A program made the translations under genes and the position numbers. From Dendrobates tinctorius (taxonomy: Eukaryota), in assembly GCF_039654945.1 (NCBI RefSeq), contig NW_027361806.1:27962001-28026000 (forward strand): a DNA stretch of 64,000 nucleotides. Reading direction: 5' to 3'. Below the pieces are notes generated by a model. That model searched no databases, had not been told where the DNA came from, and saw nothing but the letters and a program-made list of their open reading frames with translations. Shown in pieces: positions 12,001 through 25,119 of the stretch (its first letter is position 1; each line of letters opens with the position of its first letter).

Positions 12001-13488
12001 CCCACTGACAGACGTGAAGAGTCTATAATTTTAAGGGAAGGATAATTTTATCATTGAGAGACAGAATATCAAAAGTAAAATCCAGAATATCACATTGGTG
12101 AAGAAGCCGGCTGTCCACAGAGCGCTGTATCCAAGAATGTTAATGGAAAGTGGAGTTGAAGGAAAAAGTGTGGTAGAAAAAGGTGCACAAGCGACCGGGA
12201 TAACCGCAGCCTGGAAAGGATTGTTAGGAAAAGGCCATTCAGTAATGTGGGGGAGATTCATGAGGAGCGGACTGCTGCTGGAGTCATTGCTTCACACCGC
12301 ACACCGACGTCTCCAGGACATGGGCTACAAGCGTCACATTCCTTGTGTCAGCCACTCATGACCGATAGACAACGCCAGAAGCGTCTTACCTGGGCCAAGG
12401 AGAAGAAGAACCGGACTGTGGTCAGCGGTCCCAGAGTCTGGAGGAAGAATGGAGGCCACAATCCAAGCTGCTGGAGGTCTAGTGTGAAGCTTCCACCATC
12501 AGTGATGGTTTGGGGAGCCATGTCATCTGCTGGTGTAGGTCCACTGTGTTTTATCAAAACCAAAGTCGGCGCAGGAAATGTTAGACCACTTTGATGCAGA
12601 AGGAGGCCGACATTTCAGATTTTACAATCATTTTTCCAGCTGGTGTTATAAAGTATTCTAATTACTGAGATAATGACTTTTGGGTTTTCAATGGCTGTAA
12701 GCCACAATCATCAACATTACCAGAAATAAACACGGGACACAGATCACTGTGTGTAATGACTCTATAGAATAGAGGAGAGGCACTTTTTGCATTGAAGAAC
12801 TAAAATAAATTCATTTTTTGATGATATTCTGATTTTTGAGAAGCTCTTGTATGTACAGGACGTCCGTTTTAATCAATTGGGGCCGTAGAGTTTGTACTGG
12901 GTCATTGTTGTGTTATCGGTGGTGTCATGTTTTCCAGCTCCATAGAGTACGGGAGACCCCCGGATCCGGCGCTCTGGGCCATCGATGATGTCGTCAATTA
13001 CTTTAAAGCGGCCGGATTTGAAGAACAATCAGCAGCGTTCAGAGATCAGGTAGGAGATAATAAAGGGAAACCCCGATCTGACAGATCCTCTCTTAGTCTG
13101 TGTTCACACGGTCGGTGTTTGGTCAGTGGTTTCCATCAGTATTTCTAAGCCTCCTGAGCGGACAGCAGTGCGTCTTCTTAGATGCCGCTTTGCTGTATTT
13201 GGCCTGCAGGTGGCGCTCCCATCCAGCGTGTGACTGTGAGCAGTAACCGCACGGTTGCGGCTCCCCGGCTCGGATCCCGCGGGGTCTCCGATGACCCCCT
13301 CGTTTCCTTGCATTCATTGATCGTTTTTCTCTTTTTTCCATCAGGAAATCGATGGGAAATCTCTGCTGCTCATGACCAGGAACGACGTCTTAACGGGACT
13401 TTCTCTAAAACTGGGTCCAGCGCTGAAAATCTACGAATATCACGTGAAGCCGCTGCAGACACAGCACCTCAAGAGCGTCTCCCCGTAA
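69..13488 (+). CDS. SAMD13: SAM domain-containing protein 13, spliced CDS join(69..78,11092..11167,12938..13049,13345..13488), 113 aa
   Basis: Exons join in phase with GT-AG to give [113 protein letters not shown]. This matches vertebrate SAMD13, and the position next to UOX/DNASE2B is syntenic. Confidence 0.95.
339..440. mobile_element. Left end of a Harbinger-like MITE, interrupted by L2 (resumes at about 6756)
   Basis: TAA|GGCCTCGTTCACAC terminus. CTCATA lies at both L2 junctions (436-441 and 6756-6761). The right terminus was not identified. Confidence 0.55.
441..620 (-). mobile_element. 3' tail of L2 LINE, separated from its body by a later insertion
   Basis: (AAT)n...TATAGCGCC L2-type tail. 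The sequence continues at 3795 after the duplicated 15-mer GAAAGAGGGAGACAC. Confidence 0.8.
684..1657. mobile_element. PIF/Harbinger-type MITE inserted in the left arm of the Penelope-like element
   Basis: TAA TSD (681-683, 1658-1660). TIRs GGCTGTGTGCCC / GGGCACATAGCC, with a second left-end copy at 729. Internal palindrome about 1113-1335. The empty site is visible in the right arm near 3618. Confidence 0.85.
2583..2634 (-). ncRNA. Minimal type I hammerhead ribozyme (Penelope-type)
   Basis: Minus strand reads TGCA T CTCTC CTGAGGA A CCC GCAGTA GGG G GAAA CGCG TT GAGAG TG TGCA. This gives CUGANGA and GAAA cores, stem I CTCTC/GAGAG, stem II CCC/GGG, a palindromic stem III and a GUU triplet. 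Confidence 0.8.
3795..6752 (-). mobile_element. L2-clade LINE, 5'-truncated, frameshifted ORF2 (APE endonuclease + RT)
   Basis: ORF pieces 5127-6752 (LALTETW, YRPP, GDFN, SDY), 4768-5100 ([20 protein letters not shown]) and 4111-4683 (LHWLP). Confidence 0.95.
7068..7966 (+). mobile_element. Tc1/mariner DNA transposon, D36E spacing, internally deleted
   Basis: Perfect 29-bp TIRs CACTCACTGGCCACTTTATTAGGTACACC with TA TSDs. HTH N-terminus at 7216, then FQQDNAPCH...[12 protein letters not shown] in another frame. Confidence 0.95.
8123..8230 (-). mobile_element. CR1 LINE 3'-end fragment
   Basis: Reverse complement closely matches the CR1 3' end at 34575-34683. Confidence 0.85.
9059..11040. repeat. 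31-bp minisatellite (CATCCCACTGTACGACATCCTGGTGGTCCCA)n
   Basis: Direct tandem periodicity. Ends about 50 bp before SAMD13 exon 2. Confidence 0.97.
11092..11167 (+). CDS. SAMD13: SAMD13 coding exon 2
   Basis: cttttggacag|TT ATA GAA...AAA AG|gtaaat. Encodes MESKENGS, like MENKENGS of mammalian SAMD13. Confidence 0.9.
11954..12850 (+). mobile_element. Degraded Tc1 transposon remnant(s)
   Basis: TA|CAGTG-type end, the transposase piece [20 protein letters not shown], and terminal sequence shared with the copy at 46399-47650. Confidence 0.8.
12938..13049 (+). CDS. SAMD13: SAMD13 coding exon 3
   Basis: tttccag|C...CAG|gtagga. Encodes [19 protein letters not shown], the start of the SAM domain. 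Confidence 0.96.
13345..13488 (+). CDS. SAMD13: SAMD13 last coding exon
   Basis: ttccatcag|GAA ATC GAT...TAA. Encodes [38 protein letters not shown]. Confidence 0.96.
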   Translation, partial: EIDGKSLLLMTRNDVLTGLSLKLGPALKIYEYHVKPLQTQHLKSVSP

Positions 13489-13544
13489 CACGTGGGCTGT
13501 CATATGGCTGCAGAGTGACCCCCAAACATGGACCATCCACGAGG

Positions 13545-14615
13545 ACTGGGGGGAGGACGCAGGGACCGGCGGGAGGACGCAGGGACTGGCGGGAGAACGC
13601 AGGGACCGGGGGGAGGACGCAGGGACCGGGGAGAAGGACGCAAGGACCGGGGAGAAGGACGCAGGGACCGGGGGGAAGGACGCAGGGACCGGGGGGAAGG
13701 ACGCAGGGACCGGGGGGAAGGACGCAGGGACCGGGGGGAAGGACGCAGGGACCGGGGAGGGAGGACGCAGGGACCGGGGGGGAGGACGCAGAGACCGGGG
13801 AAGAGGACGCAGGGACCGGGGAGGAGGACGCAGGGACCGGGGAGGAGGACGCAGGGACCGGGAAAGGACGCAGGGACCGGGAAAGGACGCAGGGACCGGG
13901 GAAGAGGACGCAGGGACCGGGGAAGAGGACGCAGGGACCAGGGAGGAGGACGCAGGGACCGGGGGGAGGACGCAGGGACCGGGGGGAAGACGCAGGGACC
14001 GGGGGGAAGGACGCAGGGACCGGGGGGAAGGACGCAGGGACCGGGGGGAAGGACGCAGGGACCGGGGGGAAGGACGCAGGGACCGGGGGGGAGGACGCAG
14101 GGACCGGGGAAGAGGACGCAGGGACCGGGGAAGAGGACGCAGGGACCGGGGAAGAGGACGCAGGGATCGGGAGGAGGACGCAGGGATCGGGAGGAGGACG
14201 CAGGGACCGGGAAAGGACGCAGGGACCGGGGAAGAGGACGCAGGGACCGGGGAAGAGGACGCAGGGACCGGGGAAGAGGACGCAGGGACCAGGGAGGAGG
14301 ACGCAGGGACCGGGGGGAAGACGCAGGGACCGGGGAAGAGGACGCAGGGACCGGGAGGAGGACGCAGGGACCGGGGGGAAGACGCAGGGACCGGGGAAGA
14401 GGACGCAGGGACCAGGGAGGAGGACGCAGGGACCGGGGGGAAGACGCAGGGACCGGGGGGAAGACGCAGGGACCGGGGGGAAGACGCAGGGACCGGGGAG
14501 AAGACGCAGGGACCGGGGGGAAGGACGCAGGGACCGGGGGGAAGACGCAGGGACCGGGGGGAGGACGCAGGGACCGGGAAAGGACGCAGGGACCGGGGGA
14601 GGACTCGGGGACCGG
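13545..14615. repeat. About 21-bp G-rich minisatellite (GGACGCAGGGACCGGGGGGAA)n
   Basis: Tandem array beginning about 55 bp after the SAMD13 stop codon. Confidence 0.96.
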
Positions 14616-15464
14616 CGCCGCTGATCTCCGCTCCTTGGGAGGAGTTATTGTGCTTGTGATCCTATGAGGATGGGGGGTGCTGCACGGAAAAGCCCCTTTA
14701 TCTGTACAGAATCACCCCCTGAAGGGCACCGGACTTCCTGGTGGACGTCGGACAGGATGAACATGATCAATGATCCTTCCAGATTTATAAAGGATCCTGA
14801 GGACAAATGTGGATGGTCAGAATAAGGTGAATTATCAGAATTGTGAGAAATGAAATGGAAGTAAATATGTTTATGGGGGAAGGAAATGGGACCACCGTCA
14901 CCGCTATGGGGCCCACCATCACTGCCATACGTGGTCACCACTATAAGGGGCCCCTGTCACCCCCATAATTATTACAAGTGCCTCTCGCTCTTGGTGTGAC
15001 CGGACACACAATTAGCTCCAGACTGATCCCAGGTACCAGGTATAGACTGAATACGGGGGGGGGGGCGCTCTTTATTGCTCCCAGGGGTCCTTGAATCCTC
15101 ATATGATAGCTATATAGAAATAGTCTGCCTGTGATTCACATTCCTGTCCGCAGGGGGCAGTGTTGTAATGGCTGCTAATTAGATGGAGCTGAATTGTAAT
15201 CACACAAAGGGCTTAAAGGCTGACAATCACTTGTCGGTCCCTGCAGTTGTCACTTTCCTGCCCACATTGTTCTCTGCGCAAGAATATATGAACTGCAAAA
15301 CAGGACGTGTTCTGAACTGCAGTGTAAAGCAGGGCGGCTTCTATGGCAATGACCCCCACAGACTGCAGATGTCAGACTTGACCTGGAGCTGCAGATTCGT
15401 TTTATATCAAAGTATGTGACAATCACTGGAAACTTCCATAGAGATTCTGCCATAGCATTCACTA

Positions 15465-18400
15465 TATGGAGAAAGTATGTGCCCCCCACATCCACCTCCG
15501 AGGGCTTCTCTATCCTCATCTACATCCATAGACATTAATATGGAGGAAAGTATGTGCCCCCCACATCCACCTCCGGGGGCTTCACTGTCCTACTCTACAT
15601 CCATAGACATTAATATGGAGAAAGTATGTGCCCCCCACATCCACTTCCGGAGGCTTCACTGTCTTCATCTACATCCATAGACATTAATATGGAGGAAAGT
15701 ATGTGCCCCCCACATCCACCTCCGGGGGCTTCTCGGTCCTCATCTACATCCATAGACATTAATATGGAGAAAGTATGTGCCCCCCACATCCACCTCCAGG
15801 GGCTTCACTGTCTTCATCTACATCCATAGACATTAATATGGAGGAAAGTATGTGCCCCCCCACATCCACCTCCGGGGGCTTCACTGTCCTCATCTACATC
15901 CATAGACATTAATATGGAGGAAAGTATGTGCCCCCCACATCCACCTCCGGGGACTTCACTGTCCTCATCTACATCCATAGACATTAATATGGAGGAAAGT
16001 ATGTGCCCCCCACATCCACCTCCGGGGGCTTCACTGTCCTCATCTACATCCATAGACATTAATATGGAGGAAAGTATGTGCCCCCCACATCCACCTCCGG
16101 GGGCTTCACTGTCCTCATCTACATCCATAGACATTAATATGGAGGAAAGTATGTGCCCCCCACATCCACCTCCGGGGGCTTCACTGTCCTCATCTACATC
16201 CATAGACATTAATATGGAGGAAAGTATGTGCCCCCCACATCCACCTCCGGGGGCTTCACTGTCCTCATCTACATCCATAGACATTAATATGGAGGAAAGT
16301 ATGTGCCCCCCACATCCACCTCCGGGGGCTTCACTGTCCTCATCTACATCCATAGACATTAATATGGAGAAAGTATGTGCCCCCCACATCCACCTCTGGG
16401 GGCTTCACTGTCCTCATCTACATCCATAGACATTAATATGGAGGAAAGTATGTGCCCCCCACATCCACCTCCGAGGGCTTCACTGTCCTCATCTACATCC
16501 ATAGACATTAATATGGAGGAAAGTATGTGCCCCCCCACATCCACCTCCGAGGGCTTCACTGTCCTCATCTATATCCATAGACATTAATATGGAGAAAGTA
16601 TGTGCCCCCCACATCCACCTCTGGGGGCTTCACTGTCCTCATCTACATCCATAGACATTAATATGGAGGAAAGTATGTGCCCCCCACATCCACCTCCGGG
16701 GGCTTCACTGTCTTCATCTACATCCATAGTCATTAATATGGAGGAAAGTATGTGCCCCCCCACATCCACCTCCGGGGGATTCTCTGTCCTCATCTACATC
16801 CATAGACATTAATATGGAGGAAAGTATGTGCCCCCCCACATCCACCTCCGGGGGGCTTCACTGTCCTCATCTGCATCCATAGACATTAATATGGAGGAAA
16901 GTATGTGCCCCCCACATCCACCTCCGGGGGCTTCACTGTCCTCATCTACATCCATAGACATTAATATGGAGGAAAGTATGTGCCCCCCACATCCACCTCT
17001 GGGGGCTTCACTGTCTTCATCTACATCCATAGACATTAATATGGAGGAAAGTATGTGCCCCCCCACATCCACCTCCGGGGGATTCTCTGTCCTCATCTAC
17101 ATCCATAGACATTAATATGGAGGAAAGTATGTGCCCCCCCACATTCACCTCTGGGGGCTTCACTGTCCTCATCTACATCCATAGACATTAATATGGAGAA
17201 AGTATGTGCCCCCCACATCCACCTCCGGGGGCTTCACTGTCTTCATCTACATCCATAGACATTAATATGGAGGAAAGTATGTGCCCCCCACATCCACCTC
17301 CGGGGGATTCTCTGTCCTCATCTACATCCATAGACATTAATATGGAGAAAGTATGTGCCCCCCACATCCACCTCCGGGGGCTTCACTGTCTTCATCTACA
17401 TCCATAGACATTAATATGGAGAAAGTATGTGCCCCCCACATCCACCTCCTGGGGCTTCTCTGTCCTCATCTACATCCATAGACATTAATATGGAGAAAGT
17501 ATGTGCCCCCCACATCCACCTCCGGGGGCTTCTCTGTCCTCATCTACATCCATAGACATTAATATGGAGAAAGTATGTGCCCCCCACATCCACCTCCGGG
17601 GACTTCACTGTCCTCATCCACATCCATAGACATTAATATGGAGAAAGTATGTTCCCCCCACATCCACCTCCGGGGGATTCTCTGTCCTCATCTACATCCA
17701 TTGACATTAATATGGAGGAAAGTATGTGCCCCCCCACATCCACCTCTGGGGGCTTCACTGTCCTCATCTACATCCATAGACATTAATATGGAGAAAGTAT
17801 GTGCCCCCCACATCCACCTCCGGGGGCTTCACTGTCCTCATCTACATCCATAGACATTAATATGGAGAAAGTATGTGCCCCCCACATCCACCTCCGGGGG
17901 CTTCACTGTCCTCATCCACATCCATAGACATTAATATTGAGAAAGTATGTGCCCCCCACATCCACCTCCGGGGGCTTCACTGTCCTCATCTACATCCATA
18001 GACATTAATATTGAGAAAGTATGTGCCCCACACATCCACCTCCAGGGGCATCACTGTCCTCATCTACATCTATAGACATTAATATGGAGAAAGTATGTGC
18101 CCCCCCACATCCACCTCCAGGGGCATCACTGTCCTCATCTGCATCCATAGACATTAATATGGAGGAAAGTATGTGCCCCCCACATCCACCTCCGGGGGCT
18201 TCACTGTCCTCATCTGCATCCATAGACATTAATATGGAGGAAAGTATGTGCCCCCCACATCCACCTCCGGGGGCTTCACTGTCCTCATCTACATCCATAG
18301 ACATTAATATGGAGGAAAGTATGTGCCCCCCACATCCACCTCTGGGGGCTTCACTGTCTTCATCTACATCCATAGACATTAATATGGAGGAAAGTATGTG

Positions 18401-21400
18401 CCCCCCCACATCCACCTCCGGGGGATTCTCTGTCCTCATCTACATCCATAGACATTAATATGGAGGAAAGTATGTGCCCCCCCACATTCACCTCTGGGGG
18501 CTTCACTGTCCTCATCTACATCCATAGACATTAATATGGAGAAAGTATGTGCCCCCCACATCCACCTCCGGGGGCTTCACTGTCTTCATCTACATCCATA
18601 GACATTAATATGGAGGAAAGTATGTGCCCCCCACATCCACCTCCGGGGGATTCTCTGTCCTCATCTACATCCATAGACATTAATATGGAGAAAGTATGTG
18701 CCCCCCACATCCACCTCCGGGGGCTTCACTGTCTTCATCTACATCCATAGACATTAATATGGAGAAAGTATGTGCCCCCCACATCCACCTCCTGGGGCTT
18801 CTCTGTCCTCATCTACATCCATAGACATTAATATGGAGAAAGTATGTGCCCCCCACATCCACCTCCGGGGGCTTCTCTGTCCTCATCTACATCCATAGAC
18901 ATTAATATGGAGAAAGTATGTGCCCCCCACATCCACCTCCGGGGACTTCACTGTCCTCATCCACATCCATAGACATTAATATGGAGAAAGTATGTTCCCC
19001 CCACATCCACCTCCGGGGGATTCTCTGTCCTCATCTACATCCATTGACATTAATATGGAGGAAAGTATGTGCCCCCCCACATCCACCTCTGGGGGCTTCA
19101 CTGTCCTCATCTACATCCATAGACATTAATATGGAGAAAGTATGTGCCCCCCACATCCACCTCCGGGGGCTTCACTGTCCTCATCTACATCCATAGACAT
19201 TAATATGGAGAAAGTATGTGCCCCCCACATCCACCTCCGGGGGCTTCACTGTCCTCATCCACATCCATAGACATTAATATTGAGAAAGTATGTGCCCCCC
19301 ACATCCACCTCCGGGGGCTTCACTGTCCTCATCTACATCCATAGACATTAATATTGAGAAAGTATGTGCCCCACACATCCACCTCCAGGGGCATCACTGT
19401 CCTCATCTACATCTATAGACATTAATATGGAGAAAGTATGTGCCCCCCCACATCCACCTCCAGGGGCATCACTGTCCTCATCTGCATCCATAGACATTAA
19501 TATGGAGGAAAGTATGTGCCCCCCACATCCACCTCCGGGGGCTTCACTGTCCTCATCTACATCCATAGACATTAATATGGAGGAAAGTATGTGCCCCCCA
19601 CATCCACCTCCGGGGGCTTCACTGTCTTCATCTACATCCATAGACATTAATATGGAGGAAAGTATGTGCCCCCCCCACATCCACCTCCGGGGGATTCTCT
19701 GTCCTCATCTACATCCATAGACATTAATATGGAGGAAAGTATGTGCCCCCCCCACATTCACCTCTGGGGGCTTCACTGTCCTCATCTACATCCATAGACA
19801 TTAATATGGAGAAAGTATGTGCCCCCCACATCCACCTCCGGGGGCTTCACTGTCTTCATCTACATCCATAGACATTAATATGGAGGAAAGTATGTGCCCC
19901 CCACATCCACCTCCGGGGGATTCTCTGTCCTCATCTACATCCATAGACATTAATATGGAGAAAGTATGTGCCCCCCACATCCACCTCCGGGGGCTTCACT
20001 GTCCTCATCTACATCCATAGACATTAATATGGAGAAAGTATGTGCCCCCCACATCCACCTCCGGGGGCTTCACTGTCTTCATCTACATCCATAGACATTA
20101 ATATGGAGAAAGTATGTGCCCCCCACATCCACCTCCTGGGGCTTCTCTGTCCTCATCTACATCCATAGACATTAATATGGAGAAAGTATGTGCCCCCCAC
20201 ATCCACCTCCGGGGGCTTCTCTGTCCTCATCTACATCCATAGACATTAATATGGAGAAAGTATGTGCCCCCCACATCCACCTCCGGGGACTTCACTGTCC
20301 TCATCCACATCCATAGACATTAATATGGAGAAAGTATGTTCCCCCACATCCACCTCCGGGGGATTCTCTGTCCTCATCTACATCCATAGACATTAATATG
20401 GAGGAAAGTATGTGCCCCCCCACATCCACCTCTGGGGGCTTCACTGTCCTCATCTACATCCATAGACATTAATATGGAGAAAGTATGTGCCCCCCACATC
20501 CACCTCCGGGGGCTTCACTGTCCTCATCTACATCCATAGACATTAATATGGAGAAAGTATGTGCCCCACACATCCACCTCCAGGGGCATCACTGTCCTCA
20601 TCTACATCTATAGACATTAATATGGAGAAAGTATGTGCCCCCCCACATCCACCTCCAGGGGCATCACTGTCCTCATCTACATCTATAGACATTAATATGG
20701 AGAAAGTATGTGCCCCACACATCCACCTCCAGGGGCTTCACTGTCCTCCTCTACATCCATAGATATTAATATGGAGAAAGTATGTGCCCCACACATCCAC
20801 CTCCGGGGGCTTCACTGTCCTCATCTACATCTATAGACATTAATATTGAGAAAGTATGTGCCCCCCACATCCTCCGGGGGATTCTCTGTCCTCATCTGCA
20901 TCCATACACATTAATATGGAGAAAGTATGTGCCCCGCACATCCACCTCCGGGGGCTTCACTGTCCTCCTCTACATCCATAGATATTAATATGGAGAAAGT
21001 ATGTGCCCCACACATCCACCTCCGGGGGCTTCACTGTCCTCATCTACATCCATAGACATTAATATGGAGAGAGTATGTGCCCCACACATCCACCTCCAGG
21101 GGCATCACTGTCCTCATCTACATCTATAGACATACATATGGAGAAAGTATGTGCCCCCCTACATCCACCTCCGGGGGCTTCACTGTCCTCATCTACATCC
21201 ATAGACATTAATATGGAGAAAGTATGTGCCCCCCACATCCACCCCCGGGGGCTTCTCTGTCCTCATCTACATCCATAGACATTAATATGGAGAAAGTATG
21301 TGCCCCCCACATCCTCCTCCAGGGGCATCACTGTCCTCATCTACATCTATAGACATTAATATGGAGAAAGTATGTGCCCCACACATCCACCTCCAGGGGC

Positions 21401-22545
21401 ATCACTGTCCTCATCTACATCTATAGACATTAATATAGAGAAAGTATGTGCCCCCCACATCCACCTCCAGGGGCATCACTGTCCTCATCTACATCTATAG
21501 ACATTAATATGGAGGAAAGTATGTGCCCCACACATCCACCTCCGGGGGCTTCTCTGTCCGCATCTACATGCATAGACATTAATATGGAGAAAGTATGTGC
21601 CCCCCACATCCACCTCCAGGGGCATCACTGTCCTCATCTACATCTATAGACATTAATATAGAGAAAGTATGTGCCCCCCACATCCACCTCCAGGGGCATC
21701 ACTGTCCTCATCTACATCTATAGACATTAATATGGAGGAAAGTATGTGCCCCCACATCCACCTCCGGGGGCTTCTCTGTCCTCATCTACATCCATAGACA
21801 TTAATATGGAGAAAGTATGTGCCCCCCACATCCACCTCCAGGGGATTCTCTGTCCTCATCTACATCCATAGACATTAATATGGAGAAAGTATGTGCCCCC
21901 CACATCCACCTCCGGGGGGCATCACTGTCCTCATCTACATCTATAGACATTAATATGGAGAAAAGTATGTGCCCCACACATCCACCTCCAGGGGCATCAC
22001 TGTCCTCATCTACATCTATAGACATTAATATAGAGAAAGTATGTGCCCCCCACATCCACCTCCAGGGGCATCACTGTCCTCATCTACATCTATAGACATT
22101 AATATGGAGGAAAGTATGTGCCCCACACATCCACCTCCGGGGGCTTCTCTGTCCGCATCTACATGCATAGACATTAATATGGAGAAAGTATGTGCCCCCC
22201 ACATCCACCTCCAGGGGCATCACTGTCCTCATCTACATCTATAGACATTAATATAGAGAAAGTATGTGCCCCCCACATCCACCTCCAGGGGCATCACTGT
22301 CCTCATCTACATCTATAGACATTAATATGGAGGAAAGTATGTGCCCCCACATCCACCTCCGGGGGCTTCTCTGTCCTCATCTACATCCATAGACATTAAT
22401 ATGGAGAAAGTATGTGCCCCCCACATCCACCTCCAGGGGATTCTCTGTCCTCATCTACATCCATAGACATTAATATGGAGAAAGTATGTGCCCCCCACAT
22501 CCACCTCCGGGGGCTCCTCTGTCCTCCATAGACATTAATATGGAG
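15465..22545. repeat. About 74-76-bp minisatellite with higher-order duplications
   Basis: Unit ATATGGAG(G)AAAGTATGTGCCCCCCACATCCACCTCCGGGGGCTTCACTGTCCTCATCTACATCCATAGACATTA. Confidence 0.97.
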
Positions 22546-23049
22546 TTGCTCTTTTGCAGATATAACGGTCCTCGCTCTTCATATTTTAGAGGCATCTGTG
22601 TTGGTTTTGTTGCCCCTTCATCCAGAAGAGCATTTGTGGGCTCAGACCCTGATACTGGGGGGAGGCTGGGCTCACAATCTCCGGTGATGGATGGGGTTGG
22701 GGTACGGGCATGTGCAGCCGCTCATGTTCTCCCCCATGTCTGTATGGAGCTACTGTCATGGGGCAGCTGAGGTCCATCAGACGCCGATAGAGAAGTGCGA
22801 TCCGTCACCGCACAGAACACACTGACGGGAGTCAGCCGCACCCGCAGCCCTCTATTGTACGGAAGTTGTACACCGCAGTGTTTGAGGATAGTAGATAATC
22901 GGTAGAGCGATTAATGTTATGTTTCGTCCCGTCCTGGGCCTTTTTCAAACATCGCTAGATCAGTAGTATAGGGAAAAAAGGTAGTAACTGCCTGGAGGAT
23001 AGTCTCCTAGAGAGGACATGCAAGGTGCTATCCTGGGGCCGGGCGTACG

Positions 23050-24285
23050 CTCTTCCCGTGGTGACGTGCCCTCTTCCCGTGGTGGCGTGCTCTCTTCCAG
23101 TGGTGGCATGCTCTTTTCCAGTGGTGGGGTGCTCTCTTCCCGTGGTGGCGTGCGCTCTTCCCGTGGTGACGTGCTCTCTTCCCGTGGTGACGTGCTCTCT
23201 TCCCGTGGTGGCGTGCGCTCTTCCCGTGGTGACGTGCTCTCTTCCCGTGGTGACGTGCTCTCTTCCCGTGGTGGCGTGCTCTCTTCCCGTGGTGGCGTGC
23301 TCTCTTCCCGTGGTGGCGTGCTCTCTTCCAGTGGTGGCGTGCGCTCTTCCCGTGGTGACGTGCTCTCTTCCCGTGGTGGCGTGCTCTCTTCCAGTGGTGG
23401 GGTGCTCTCTTCCAGTGGTGGCATGCTCTCTTCCCGTGGTGGCGTGCTCTCTTCCCGTGGTGGCGTGCTCTCTTCCCGTGGTGGCGTGCTCTCTTCCAGT
23501 GGTGTCGTGTTCTCTTCCCGTGGTGGCGTGCTCTCTTCCCGTGGTGGCGTGCTCTCTTCCCGTGGTGGCGTGCTCTCTTCCCGTGGTGGCGTGCTCTCTT
23601 CCCGTGGTGATGTGCCCTCTTCCCGTGGTGACGTGCCCTCTTCCCGTGGTGGCGTGCGCTCTTCCCGTGGTGACGTCCTCTCTTCCCGTGGTGGCGTGCT
23701 CTCTTCCAGTGGTGGGGTGCTCTCTTCTCGTGGTGGCGTGCTCTCTTCCAGTGGTGTCGTGTTCTCTTCCAGTGGTGTCGTGTTCTCTTCCCGTGGTGGC
23801 GTGCTCTCTTCCCGTGGTGGCGTGCTCTCTTCCAGTGGTGTCGTGTTCTCTTCCCGTGGTGGCGTGCTCTCTTCCCGTGGTGGCGTGCTCTCTTCCAGTG
23901 GTGGGGTGCTCTCTTCCCGTGGTGGCGTGCGTTCTTCCCGTGGTGACGTGCCCTCTTCCCGTGGTGGCGTACCCTCTTCCCGTGGTTACGTGCCCTCTTC
24001 CCGTGGTGGCGTGCCCTCTTCCCGTGGTGACGTGCCCTCTTCCCGTGGTGGCGTGCCCTCTTCCCGTGGTGACGTGCCCTCTTCCCGTGGTGTCGTGCCC
24101 TCTTCCCGTGGTGTCGTGCCCTCTTCCCGTGGTGGCATGCTCTCTTCCCGTGGTGACGTGCCCTCTTCCCGTGGTGTCGTGCCCTCTTCCCGTGGTGTCG
24201 TGCCCTCTTCCCGTGGTGTCGTGCCCTCTTCCCGTGGTGTCGTGCCCTCTTCCCGTGGTGACGTGCCCTCTTCCCGTGGTGATGT
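23050..24285. repeat. 21-bp minisatellite (CTCTTCCCGTGGTGGCGTGCT)n
   Basis: Tandem periodicity. Confidence 0.97.
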
Positions 24286-24299
24286 GTGCACTTTTGTAC

Positions 24300-24305
24300 A
24301 ATAAA
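24300..24305 (+). terminator. Candidate SAMD13 polyadenylation signal AATAAA
   Basis: First canonical AATAAA I could find after the stop codon, in the context TTTTGTACAATAAAAG. Confidence 0.45.
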
Positions 24306-25119
24306 AGACTTGTCTAGCACAGTCTCTGCACATGCGGCTGACTGCCTTCAGTTTGTCTAGTTGGATTTATCCAGCTCCCAACCAAGTGGGCATCCTTACT
24401 ATTATCTACTGCACAGGACACGTCTCCTCCAGAGTCCAGTGGTGGTGGCCTTACACCACTCCATCTGATGCTCAGCATTGTGCTTGGTGATGTATAGCTG
24501 CATGAAGCTCCTGGCAGGGCGCAGTGTTAATACCAGAGGAGGTCGGGACTATACAATGGGGCTGAAGGAGAAACCTGAATTCACTGATTGCGCGATACTT
24601 TTCTCTATATAGTTTATAAGAAAATTGTAGAATAGCAATTCCATAATGTTATGTTATGTGAGATGGAAATGCCCCGTGACGTTAGGATCTTCTGTGACCA
24701 GGAGAGCACTTTAGATATTAGCTGCTCTTTGTGGTGGAGGCTTTACAGGAATGTTCAGCAGGAAATAAATATAATTAAATGCCTTTAAAATAATAAACCT
24801 ATATAGAAGAAACGCTGATACTTCAATGAAGGTTTTGAAGTTGCGCTGTCCGCCCGGGGTCCAGACTGTTCCTCGGCTCATGTTTGGCTCTGGAGAGCGT
24901 CCTCTGCATTGATCGGAGCGGTGTGTGCAGGGGGCGACCGAGCGACTGCTCATCTCAGTGGCTAAACCAGGCCCCTTCTGGGTGTGATCGGCCTAGGCGC
25001 TCGGGCAGCCCCATTCACACACTGCGCTGATGAAATACTGACACCGGTCTCCCCCGCCCCCCCCACTGTGGTTGCCAAACCAAAATGAGAAAACAAATCC
25101 ATAAAATCCCCTTGTCTGA

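Noticed and set aside
15465-22545. Possible CRISPR-like repeat array
   Set aside because: Units are contiguous with no unique spacers, there are no cas genes, and the context is eukaryotic.
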